Source of the DNA: Macrostomum lignano
Taxonomy: Eukaryota
Assembly: GCA_002269645.1 (NCBI GenBank)
Contig: NIVC01001410.1
Coordinates: forward strand, 1 to 64,000
Reading direction: 5' to 3'
Length of the DNA stretch: 64,000 nucleotides
Made by a program: the position numbers and the translations under genes. Each line of letters begins with the position of its first letter. The stretch's first letter is position 1. Positions 11,279 to 39,559 of the stretch are shown in pieces. The notes below the pieces were generated by a model. The model saw nothing but the letters and a program-made list of their open reading frames with translations. It searched no databases and was not told the origin of the DNA.

Positions 11279-12822
11279 CTAAACCGCTTTCAGCAGGAGT
11301 CGGATGCTCTTGAGAGCGATCAGGTGTCCATTTGTGGCTCCCTTCCACACAACAGATGTTGCGTCACGAGAAGCGGAGTTCCGATAAATCCCATTCGGAT
11401 TGGAATGGTAGCACTTGCGGTACCACCAGCCGCCATTGCCGTAAGTAGCTGAGCAGGATCCGGAGCTGTGAATTTCATTGTCCCGGTCCATGGTGGAGAA
11501 CTGCATGCCTTTGTGATAGCTGAGCGAATCGCTAGTCATGTTGGAGCTGTCACTCAGGTACAAGCCGAACGTCATAGTGTATTTTGTGCTGGCGTCACCC
11601 ACGGTGAAGCCGGAGTACTCAGCCACGTACAGGACATTCGACCAGGTGACGGCCTCGACTCTCAGCAGCTTCGGGGCGCTGCCAGTCAACTGGTTGATGG
11701 TTCGAAGACCTGCGAATATTGAGTTTGAATGCAAACTTTAACCTTACATACTTCAGCATAATCCTGACTGGACCCTGGTTCAGTACACCAACCCAGCCAG
11801 AAGTCGGTGCCGTCTCCAAAGCCGGTCTCATACTCAGTCCAGCATCTGGCAAAGCTCAGCCTTCCAACCAGTCGCTGCTGAATCACAGTGAATTTCCTGC
11901 CTTCAACCTGCACTGCCGGCTCTGAAACAGCAAAATTGAATTTGCACCGGTGTAAAAGGTCTTGAACATCAAAATACAACACATAGCAGCTCCTTACGGG
12001 ATCGAAGCAATTGCCTCCGATAGACGGGTTTGCCAGGTGCAGCGGCGGAGAAGTCGGCGCCCCAGACCGCGGACATCAGGCAGAGCTTAGTCTCCGACAG
12101 GAAGGCGGTGGCCGCGCATTCACAAGTAGAGACGGCGGCACATTTTGTGATGCAGTCGACGACACTCCGTCTAGACGATGACGTCATCGAAGCAGCCTGC
12201 ACTGGGGCTGCCGATGTTGTAGAGAATTCAGCAGCTGAAGAATTTGCCAGAGAATATTTTATTAGAAATGAGAGACTTTTTACCAGTTTCATAGATAACT
12301 GCGTGCATGTAGGTCGTAGCCATCTGATAAAAGGGGCCGTAGTGGTCTGGTGCGTCGCTCGGATGTCCCAGCGGCCCAGGCTCGATTCCAAGTGCAGTCA
12401 CATTCATGTGAGGGCTAAATTGGAACCTTGGCTTGGGGCTACTCATGCAATTAATACCTTTGAAGGCAAAACACAATGGCACAGTAAAGTGTACATGCCT
12501 AATGATAAATAAAGTTAGGCCGCTGTACACTCCTGAGTGAGTGTGTGCCTGTGCGTATGACTGCGTGTGTATCCGCTCGCTTTTGTGCCTGCTCAGGGGA
12601 GGCAGTAATGCCTCTCACCGGTTGTGGGACAACCGGTTTTTGTCGCTTAAAGTGCGCCAGGGTGCACCCAGCCCCTGCATCAAATATTCGTAAAAACAAT
12701 AAAACCCCATATGCTCCTAGTGTTGCTACAACTTAGGATTATGGCTTACCTGTGCCATCAGTTGCACTGACGAACGCAGCAACTTGAGTTGTCAGAGTAA
12801 TTATTGTACAAAGGCCTTTAAT
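11279..12822 (-). CDS. PAN/apple + fibrinogen-C lectin, paralog 2; exons 12822(or 12833)-12750, 12234-11998, 11960-11793, 11709-11279; first codon is ATT
   Basis: FBG motifs WTEYETGFGDGTDFWLG, FSTMDRDNE, GGWWYRKCYHSNPNG; 237-nt PAN exon; phase-1 introns. The leader-like exon IKGLCTIITLTTQVAAFVSATDGT has a GTAAGC donor and the same 73-nt length as the first exon of paralog 4. Confidence 0.85.
12335..12685 (+). mobile_element. SINE-like composite element in intron 1 of lectin paralog 2
   Basis: A-box-like GTAGTGGTCTGG and B-box-like GGCTCGATTCC, followed by AATAAA and the GGCCGCTGTACACTCCTG...AAGTGCGCCAGGGTGC module also seen at 8640 and 60000. Confidence 0.6.
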
Positions 12823-13858
12823 TTTGGGTCGACCTGGGGTGAACAGAAAAGTTAGCCAGAGAGATTATTCTATCCTATTAGCAGCACGAGAGCTTTCGCC
12901 ATCTCACTGAAACCACGACTCATGTCGTTTATATCGCTTGCTAAGTAAAAGCAAATTTGATTTTCGTTCATTCAAAAAATGCGTTCTGCGTGGCATCTAT
13001 CGAACTCGGTTGGAATACGCCAGAGATGAGCACTCTTCAAGATGGGGAAGAGGCGGGCAAACACAGGACGACAGGAATTGAGATGGACTGGAAGATGCAG
13101 CAGTTGCAGGGAGCCCTCCTATTGCCTTGGAGTTAAAAAACGCGGTTTGGAGACGTTACGGAGCTGCGAAAATTTCTGGTTTTTCAAATTTAAGTGCATC
13201 TACGAGTATGTATAGACGCGACTCTGTAAGAGGGCCGTTTAAGTTGATTGACAGCTTGGAAAGCAGAAATTTTGCCTTGCCTGATACTCGTAAAGTCAGA
13301 GCCAATGCTGCATGCTTGAAGAAGTTACTGACGCTCTGTCAAATATTTTGAAAGAGTTTTTAATCATCACAAGTGTTATATATTAGAATGTTTCTGCAAG
13401 CTATAATTATATCTAGATTACATGGGATGCCTGTTATTAAGAAGTATAGTTTTCTAACCCAGATACAGGCTCAATACAGGCTGCTTGTAATATAGTTGAC
13501 AAAGCCGATGGAATTTTAATAGTTTCCAGTTTCAAGGAGAGGTTATAGCTGCTGCCTGTGAGCGCATGTGTCCACTTGGCGTGCCTAAAAACTCGTAATT
13601 AGCAGAGCACAGCTCATTAACTTGGTTGCTGATGATAAGGAACCAAACAGAGTGCAAACCGCATTTGCTTTTGCTAGCAATGTTTCTTTTTAAAGATAAT
13701 TGCTGCGAAAACGTTAAACTCGAATTCCAGGCACTCGGTGTTGAATACACCATTGCCACAGCATGGTTAAAGCAAGCAGCCAACTGTCATCGTGACAGTT
13801 TGAGAGTGATGCTTCAACAACTGCCAGTTCCGCTCTTACTCTCAAAATTTTAACACAG

Positions 13859-15050
13859 CTAAACCGCTTTCAGCAGGAGTCGGATGCTCTTGAGAGCGGT
13901 CACGTATCCATTTGTGGCTCCCGTCCACACTACGGAGTTTGTGTCATAAGAACCAGAGTTTCTATAAATCCCATTCGGATTCGAATGGTAGCAACTGCGG
14001 TACCACCAGCCGCCATTGCCGTAAGTAGCTGAGCAGGATCCGGAGCTGTGAATTTCATTGTCCCGGTCCATGGTGGAGAACTGCATGCCTCTGTGATAGC
14101 TAAGCGAGTCGCGAGTCATGTTGGAGCTGCCAGTCAGGTACGAGCCGAAGGTCATGGTGTATTTTGTGCTGGCATCGCCCACGATGAAGCCGGAGTACTC
14201 AGCGACGTACAGGACATTCGACCAGGTGACGGCCTCGACTCTCAGAAGCTTCGGGGCGCTTCCGGTCAGCTCGTGAATCGAACGGAGACCTTGGAAAAGC
14301 ATTTTATACTTATAGATCCTCGAGTGGCACTGTGTGCAATCGGAGCAGTGATATTAAATTCAAACGGAGACTCCACTTACCAATCCAAAAGTCGGTGCCG
14401 TCTCCAAAGCCAGTCTCGTACTCAGACCACGGACGGGCAAAACTCACACTTCCTGTGAGTCGCTGCTGAATGACTACAAACGCTGTGGCTCCAACGCAAA
14501 CATACGGTTCTACGGAACAGTTAGAAAATTGCATTCTTAGTAGTAAAAACAAAGTATTAACTTTCAAAAATGCCCAAAACCTCAAGAGCGACAGTGCTCG
14601 GTGTTGTCAGCTTACTAGATCGAAGCAGCCGCCTTCGATAGACGGGTCTGCCGGGTGCTGCGGCGGAGAAGTCGGCGCCCCAGACCGCGGACATCAGGCA
14701 GAGCTTCGTCTCCGGCACGAAAGCGGAAGCCGCACATTCGCAAGGAGGGACGGCGGCGCATTTTGTGACGCACTCGACGCCACTCCGTCCAGCCGATGAC
14801 GTCATTGCAGCAGCCTCTACCTGCGCTGCCGGTGCGCTCGAGAACTCATTGCCTGGCAATTGTTTGTCAATAACATCAGTAGCTACAAAAAATAAAAATC
14901 CTTGTTCTCAAAGATGAAGTTTAAGGAATTTTGATACTCTTTAGAATGATCGATCCAAAACAGAAGCTGCATACCTGATGATTTGGCAATCGCGCAGCAT
15001 ACAGCTGCAATGAGGACAAAAGTGGTAGGGTTAATCATTTTTAAAATCAT
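13859..15050 (-). CDS. PAN/apple + fibrinogen-C lectin, paralog 3; exons 15050-14975, 14852-14616, 14509-14381, 14289-13859; 290 aa
   Basis: Signal peptide MILKMINPTTFVLIAAVCCAIAKSS; PAN ECVTKCAAVPPCECAASAFVPETKLC; FBG VVIQQRLTGSVSFARPWSEYETGFGDGTDFWIG and GGWWYRSCYHSNPNG. All phase-1 GT-AG introns; 873 nt in frame. Confidence 0.9.
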
Positions 15051-15587
15051 TAGGAATTATGTTACAGATAATTATGTAACCTATTGTCTAAAACTGTAAA
15101 ACGAGCGTGTCTGTTTCAATGGGCAGCAGGTGATGCAGCACAAACAAAGGCATTTTATACACATTTTGCGGTCTAAAAATGCATTCTTTCATTTTTCTGA
15201 ATCTTTTTAACATAGCAGTCTTGCGGACTCTCTGCAAGGCAGCTGCTAGCGAAAGGAAGTTTGAGCAATGCATTGCACTGCTGAATTTCTGCTCTGATGC
15301 ATCAGCTGACTCCTGTTGCATCCGCACCGGACTGCGAGGTGGAGCGGCTGTGACGGAAATGGAGCCTTCCTGTATGAGCTCCTGGCTGAAGGGAATTGCA
15401 AGAGACAGTAAAACGGCATCAAGAAACAGTTGCTAATTCACTGCTGTCAATCAAACTCAGTTCGAACTGGCAGCTCGTGTCGCTTATCGTTGCCTCTGTA
15501 GTGAATTCTCAATCAACAGCAATTTTCTAACACTGTCTTTTGAAAATCTCCTGGGGGGCCATCTGTCGTCAGCGTTCTTCCTGGAGG

Positions 15588-15755
15588 TGACAAAATGACC
15601 TGAAAGAAATGGGGAGCACGGGATGACCTAAAGCGGACAAAATGACACATGGGACAAAATGACACATTGGACAAAATGACCTGAAAGAAATGGGGAGCAC
15701 GGGATGACCTAAAGCGGACAAAATGACACATAGGACAAAATGACAAAATGACAGA
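15588..15755. repeat. ~80-bp tandem duplication rich in ACAAAATGAC
   Basis: AAAATGACCTGAAAGAAATGGGGAGCACGGGATGACCTAAAGCGGAC occurs twice. Confidence 0.8.
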
Positions 15756-15889
15756 ATTTTTAGGGGCCTTCATTCTCCCTTCACTCTCCGTTTACTCCTC
15801 TCCCTTTTGATCTCCGCCTTCTTTTTCCCTGGCCTTCCTACTCTGTGCAGCTTTAAAGGTTGAGTGAGAATAACTTCGGAGTTACGCGT

Positions 15890-15990
15890 CTCTATGTGTG
15901 TATCTGTCTATGTCTGTTTGTCTGTTTCTGTATGTTTGTGTGTCTGCCTGTCTGTGTCTGTCTGCTTTAGTTTGTTTGTGTCTGTCTGTT

Positions 15991-16037
<47 letters not shown>

Positions 16038-16345
16038 GACTGTTTCTGAATGCCTGTGTGTCTGCCTGTCTGTGTATATGCCTGTTTGTCTGTCTGCCTG
16101 TCTGTCTGACTGCTTCTGTCTGTCTGACTGTTTTGTATGTCTGTGTGTCTGTCTTTGTCTGTTTATATGTTTCTGTATGTCTGTGTGTCTGCCTGTCTGT
16201 GTCTGTCTGCGTCAGTTTGTTTGTTGTCTTTCTGTCTGTGTCTGCTTGTTTCTGTCTGTCTGTCTGTCTGTCTGACTGTTTCTGTATGTCTGTGTGTCGG
16301 GTCTGTCTGTGTCTGTTTGAGTCTCTGTGTGTCTGGATGTCTATA
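15890..16345. repeat. Degenerate (GTCT)n microsatellite
   Basis: Directly visible. Confidence 0.95.
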
Positions 16346-17053
16346 TGCATGATTCGGAATGCTACACAATGATGATTAATCATAAATTAATTAAAAATCT
16401 TCGTTATGATTGTCAATAGTAGTGGATCGCTCATTATTACAAGCTACTAAGTATTGAAAATAAGTACGGTAGTTAGCTATGGATATGGACATTGCGTTAA
16501 GATACATTTAAGTAGACATCATATATTGCATTGATAGGATACAGACAATAGTTTGTCGACAAATTCCGCTAAATGCATACAAAATATAAAAATAATAGAA
16601 ACAAAAAACAGCAAAATTAAATTGAAATTGAAATTGAAAAGAAATTTATACGAGTACATGCAAAAATGTAATTCGGGGTGTAAATAGTGCCCTAATACGA
16701 GCTAAGCGCTTCTTATAGGAAGCCGAATCATGAAACTATGACTCAGGTAAATGTATGCAAAAACGCAAATAACGATGATTAGTTTGTCTTTAGTCTTTTG
16801 TTTTTCACATCATTAAAAAACGCTTCAGGCGCTGTTTGCAGGTCGTTTTGGATGCTTTCATATTCATATTCAGAGCATGGCGAAACTTTGGAGTTTGTTC
16901 GTCATCGCTATTCTGATGATCTTCCAATTGGTGAACCGTGCTGACCCAATCACGGGTAGGAGGGTCATAACCGTGACCATAGCAGGCCACCACAATTTCC
17001 CGCATTGCCAGTAAGCAAATACTGTTCGCCTGGCCTCGAAACTGCGTTCTTAC

Positions 17054-33699
<16,646 letters not shown>

Positions 33700-33939
33700 A
33701 GACCACTGGCTAGAGTCACTCTCTGCGGCTATCGATCTACTGAGAGCAGACAGTCTGGCACGTAAGATCCTTTTGGTTCCGCCCTTTGCCAGCGGTGAAG
33801 AATTGACTCAAATTCTGAGTTAGAAACTCTCTGTTACTCTTATTGCCTCTCCTCCTCTTAAACCAATTGTATCCTTCTCAGCGCCTGACTTTATACTGGC
33901 GCTGGCATCCTGGCTGAGAACTTTAAACTAGCTGACTAC

Positions 33940-34890
33940 TGTAGGCCTCGCAAGCTGGAAGGCAACATTTTGAATCTACACCCTACCTTCAAACTCTCTG
34001 AATCTGAGACGAGGCTGCTAGATAGGGGACTCAATTTTATCCCAACCCAAGCCCTTGATTTCGATGATCTGAGGAACTGCATGACGCAATTTCATCGTAA
34101 ACTTTTCTGGAAAGACTTTTTTAAAAAGAGGGGTCTCGCCAATAGCAGCCCGCCCCCCTTCACGGGGAAATCAGTGAAGGAGGTTCCCCCCAGACTTAGA
34201 AGGGATGAGTGCAAATGTGCAATTTGTTTGTGCTTGAGAACCAGAAACTGGTGGAGGATTAGACAACGGTACAGGTCAAAGGCAACCTAGAGGCACCAGA
34301 GACCAGAGCGATTCAGGGGCTCAAGCGAAACAGCTCCGTCCTAATAAAAAAGGCGGACAAAAGTAACGCAGTGGTCATCATGCACCCTAAGGATTACGAA
34401 TTCGCAGCCTACAACCAATTACTTGACACAATGCTATCAACAGCTGGACCAGCCACTGCAACCCGAGACTACGGAAATTATCAGGGGGATCTTCCTTGAT
34501 GTATGTAACAGAAAGTTCATATCTAAGAAACAGTTTTCTTTTCTTTGTCCCGGAGAAAACTTCCGTCCCCGGCATTTCTACCTGCTCCCAAAAATTCACA
34601 AGGACCCGGCCACCTGGCTGATCCCCTTTCAGGTCCCAGCAGGCAGACCTATTGTTAGCGGATGCAGTTCTGAAGCCATTGGGGCAAATCTGTGATAACT
34701 AAAAGTCTTTCAACGATGCTTTCAATTCGTTAAAATCGGAACTCAAGCTATTAGGCTACTCGAAGATCCTTAGAAACTGCAAAAAGGAGGTACTAAAACT
34801 TATGAACTGGACTGCAGGACCAACGACCAATCTGGGACTGCTTCCCAAAGGGTTCCATCGCTGTGGGTCATCCCGCTGCAAATGCTGCAC
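33940..34890 (+). mobile_element. Degenerate, internally deleted Penelope-like retroelement
   Basis: LSESETRLLDRGLNFIPT; IQGLKRNSSVLIKKADKSNAVVIM; FYLLPKIHKDPATW...GRPIVSGCSSE (pre-RT motifs of PLEs); then GFHRCGSSRCKCC (Cys linker that precedes GIY-YIG). Frameshifted; RT core missing. Confidence 0.8.
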
Positions 34891-35683
34891 CCACTCACCG
34901 CATGCTCTCTCCGCCCAGGGACCAATATTCGTATTGATGAATCATGACGAATATTCTCCTGCTAACACAGTTCTGAGATGGAGATTCTCTTTCTTTTATA
35001 AACTTTCTGTAGACAATTGTCTAACCAAAAATGTGAAAAAACTTGTATTTCATTGTATTCAAGTTTTATTGCCGTCTGTTGACTTAACACATAATGGTGG
35101 AAGTTATTTCCGGAACACGCTCAATCGCTTGGTCACAGCTTGGATTTCTGGAAGACGGCATCATCTGGAAGAGCCAGTTGCCTTTACGCTTAAGTCTGAC
35201 TTGACTGTGAATGAGAGTGAGAGATAGCGGAGCATAGCCCCATCGCACTCGCAACCTGTCAAAGTTTTGTCTACAGGCTGTACAGCTCGAAACATTTAGT
35301 TTCCATAGCAACTCAATCTCTCATCCACATTGGGGAGCTGCAGCAGCTTGGGAGGCAGCCTAAGGTTTCGTTTCTTTCTTTCAGCGACAACTCAGCCCGG
35401 GCCATTGTCTCTGGCCGCTGCTTCACCAAATCGACTTCCATCAGAGCCAGGAAACGCGGTTTCCTTTCTGCGCCACTGAGTCAGGAAATATTGGATGCAG
35501 AAGATGGAAAACTCTGACTTAGAGTTTGCCTTCTATTACTGCAGGCTTAATCTTGGTGAAAGGTTGGTGAAAAAACTGCTACGTAACTGACGATGCAAAT
35601 TTGCCTACTTCAAGTATTGTAGAAGGCATTTGAATTGTTTCTATTGAATTTCAAGACTTCAGACAGTTGGTCAGTTTGTTCGC

Positions 35684-35990
35684 AGGTTGGCCCTCATGTG
35701 CGCTAATTGCATGGCACTCCATACGGCCAGTTTCTCTGTGCCTTGGAGGGTTGGCCCTCATGTGCACTAATTGCATGGCTCTCCATACGGCCAGTTTCTC
35801 TGTGCCTTGGAGGGTTGGCCCTCATGTGCGCTAATTGCATGGCACTCCATACGGCCAGTTTCTCTGTGCCTTGGAGGGTTGGCCCTCATGTGCGCTAATT
35901 GCATGGCACTCCATACGGCCAGTTTCCCTGTGCCTTGGAGGGTTGGCCCTCATGTGCGCTAATTGCATGGCACTCCATACGGCCAGTTTC
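35684..35990. repeat. 64-bp tandem repeat, ~5 copies
   Basis: GGTTGGCCCTCATGTGCGCTAATTGCATGGCACTCCATACGGCCAGTTTCTCTGTGCCTTGGAG; ORF offsets of 64. Confidence 0.95.
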
Positions 35991-36581
35991 AAATTAATGT
36001 GACGTTGGTTTCAAACCAAAACAAAGTAATCGTTTGGTGCATTGGCATCTTAAATTGTGACTCACAGTTATTGAGTTACAGTTATTTTTTACAATCAATG
36101 TTGTAGCATTTTGTTTGCGCATTTTTTCATTCCGTTGACAAATTTGGTAACCTCTCTGCTTTTAATTTCAAAGACATTTTCTTGATACTTTTTCTGAAAA
36201 GATTGAAGGTAGCAAATATTACCTTCCAGGTAGCTATTTATATCGTTTCCGATTGCCTCACAGATTGCTTAATTAGGAAGCGTAAGGATTTGGGAATTAA
36301 GGAAGAGCATATTAAATATGGAATTTTAACTCTAGAAATTCCCATTTTAACCCGCGGCCTAGTACTGAGAAAGCATAAAAAATAAATAATTCATAAAACC
36401 CGGTTGGCAGCAGGAATCTTAGTAAAACTCGGTCGCAAATCCGATTGAGGTTGTGGGAAATTTATTAAAATGCATTTGCTATGAGGATATTTTCGATTTT
36501 TTTCAAATTAGCGTTCCATCTTCTATATTTCATCATTAGGAGGCTTAAAAGACTGGAATGGAAGTAGAGATGAACCATCGA

Positions 36582-36755
36582 ATGGAATGGAATGGAATGG
36601 AATGGAATGGAATGGAATGGAATGGAATGGAATGGAATGGAATGGAATGGAATGGAATGGAATCGAATGGAATGGAATGGAATCGAATGGAATGGAATGG
36701 AATGGAATGGAATGGATGGAATGGACGGATGTGGAGAGGAGTCATGGAATGGAAT
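36582..36755. repeat. (GGAAT)n pentanucleotide satellite
   Basis: Directly visible. Confidence 0.95.
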
Positions 36756-39076
36756 GGGACGTTCATACAATACATATTTAATGCCAACGTGATTCATCGA
36801 ATCGCCATCTTCACGGCAGGTAACCTTTGTTTAATCACACACGCGAAGTGCTAATAAATAAAATGATGAAGTAAACAGGATGAAAAAAATGATGATCGAG
36901 GCAAAATTGCCATTCCCAAAAGTCGTTAGAAACGTTACCTGCTCCGAAGACGTCCGGTATCCATTGCATGGAATGCATGTAGTCTAGAATTACTGAGAGC
37001 TCACACGCACTACTCATAGTGGTTGAATTCAATTGTGCATCATTGTCAATCCCACAATACAGAAATAAAACTTAACTATAGATGCCACAGAATTCTAGCC
37101 TTGCAAGGACGTTCTATAGTGTCCGCTAAGTTGACCTTGTACTGGATCAGATAACCCTAAATTGGATACTTGATTCAACACTCAACAATCACACTATTGC
37201 AGACTCGTCTTTCAAGTTCATCGACTGACTCTACTGGACCCGTACTGGTCCAAGTAAGCTAACGATTTTCCTTGAGTTCAGTGCCTAATGAGCAAAAAAC
37301 AATACCCCAGTGGGGGGCTTGCAGTATCCTGCTTGGTAACTGGATTCAGTACTGAATATTTTAAATGAAACTATTTGCTCGCCAATCAAGATTTTGTCCA
37401 TGCAATGAACAGGTCGTTGTTGACGATGGCTAACTAGAAATGTCAAAAAGCAGATTTTTAATCTCGTATTTTAGTTCTATTGTTCTAAAGATCATTTTTG
37501 TGTGACCCTACTTTTTCTTTACTATTAGCTTGGTTGTCGATCATATTTCCGTTTTGGCTCGGCTTCATCTTACAGGGTGAGAGGCTCTGGTCTATAGCAA
37601 TGCAATAATAACTGTAGGAAGATTTAGAGTACCCTAGCGACATCGTCCACAACTATGGGATACCTGACAAAGGTCAGGATGTCTGTACACTCTGTGCGAG
37701 TGTGTGGGTACCGAGACCGTACGTCTATTTTATAGGCATTGTGATACGTCACTGATCCCTGCTGCTGGAGGGCGTGTGATTCCCTCTTAGCTAGCAACGG
37801 CAGGGCCAAAACACACGCAGCAATAGTTTTTACATTAAACTAGCGCGTTGCTACGGGGGCGAGACAGATTATTTGATATCAGTTAATTGCAAGGTTGAGT
37901 CAGGTGTTTAGTGGAGGTCAGTCCGATCGTCCGTTGCGCACGTCAGGCCACCCGTCCAGCGCCCTCGGCTATCGACCTCGCGGCTTCTTCTCCCTATCTG
38001 CCTGGGACTCTGCCTGGTACCTCGTCATCTCGCTTGGGCTGGCATCAGTGATGAAAGGGTGGCTGTTAGACTCTTGTCATCCCTACATCTCTGTTGCTGT
38101 CCTCTAATTGTCCCCATTTGGCACCTTATCTTTTGGCCTCTGCTTTTGTTTTTCTAACTCAACTTTCACCCAGCTTGATATTCTTTCTAGCCTTGACCTT
38201 TAGTGTAACTCATTCTTTGCTAATATCTAATCCGCGTTGATTTTAAAAGCAACTTCCCACCGCCCTCGCGGCAAATAACCAAATGAAATCAAACGATGCC
38301 CATTGGCACACTAAATCGCATTTCTAAGCTTGTATCCATACGCATGAAATTACCTGTTCTTGCAAAACTCGCATGGATAAAAGTAACTGCCTAATGGATG
38401 TTAGATAAAGGCGGGAAAAAAGAATAAATAATAATATTAAAGAGCATCAAATCAGAAATGCGCTTTCTAACCTTTCGCGGAGACTCTGCATTCGCGCATG
38501 ATAAAAGCAAGGGCTGCCAGTCAACCCCTCCCCTGGCTGCATGCTTCCGATAAATTTGTCTTACAAGTCCCTCTGACAGCACTTAAAAGGTACAAAAGTT
38601 CAACGGCAACAAAAAGTCTCCTTGGTTTGGATTTAGAAAATGTCAGGTGATAATCCCTCCCTTCTTGGCTTGTAGTTTATCCTTTAAACTCGAACAGCTG
38701 AAGTTTCGGAAATCTGTTCAATATGTCCTTTTGCAGATATCGCGGGTTAGGGTCTTTTCTTAGAAATTAGATTTTGCAGTTCGAAGCAAACCCCGACTGA
38801 TTGAGTTATCAGTGTCATTCTTCCCTTTGTATGCAAAAAGAAATGAAACGACACCCCCTTTTGTGAATGGCTATTTTTAGTCGGGCTGCCGGGATGTTCG
38901 TGCAGGTTATCGAATCTTCCTGGCCAATTTTAGCCAGTCTGCATCACTCAGCTCAGGAAAAGCAGAAGCTGTGCGCACTTCAGCAGGCTTTTAGGGTCCC
39001 ATCTCAGATTTAAACTCCGCTCAAATGAGTTTTTTAAAAAATGAATTATAGAGTCAAGGTACGGCCAGTGAGCAAG

Positions 39077-39559
39077 CGAGGGGTGTCCGGAAAGTTGTTA
39101 CCCTTTTAATCCCAGAGCAAAAACAGTAGCAGCTGCAAGCACAATTTAAAGTCATTTTAAAGCGGAACATCTCTTCTTTCTAATGAATCCAGTCGCGTGC
39201 ATGTTGGTCATTTCATTTAAAAGTTATGTGTGAAAACCATCACAATGCCACTTATAGTCAGGAGGTAGGAGAGGAGAGAAGAAGAGAAGGGAGAGGGGAG
39301 AGAAAAGTTTACTCCAGCAGGGATCATTGCTGGACAAGGTTCAATGCATTCTCTCCCGTGGTCTTTACTGTAAGACCATCAGTGGCATTGCGAAGGTTTT
39401 TCCCACATAAATTTTGATTAAAATGACCAAAATACACGCGACTGAATTCATTGGAAAGAAGGGACGTGCCGCTTTAAAATGACTTTAAATTTGTGCTTGC
39501 AGCTGCCACTGTTTTTGCTCTGGGATTAAAAGGGTTAAGAACTTTCCGGACACCCGTCG
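39077..39559. mobile_element. Tc1/mariner-like MITE with ~135-bp terminal inverted repeats
   Basis: 39077-39212 (CGAGGGGTGTCCGGAAAGTT...) is the reverse complement of about 39419-39559; TA follows the right end, but the left flank is not TA. Confidence 0.75.

Noticed and set aside
12822-12835. Spliced-leader AUG supplying the missing start of lectin paralog 2
   Set aside because: An SL ending in ATG joined at 12833 reads ATG GTC GAC CCA AAA TTA AAG GCC TTT GTA CAA TAA, which is out of frame with the signal peptide.
11468-14458. Plus-strand ORFs overlapping the lectin exons
   Set aside because: Antisense shadows of the fibrinogen-domain coding sequence.
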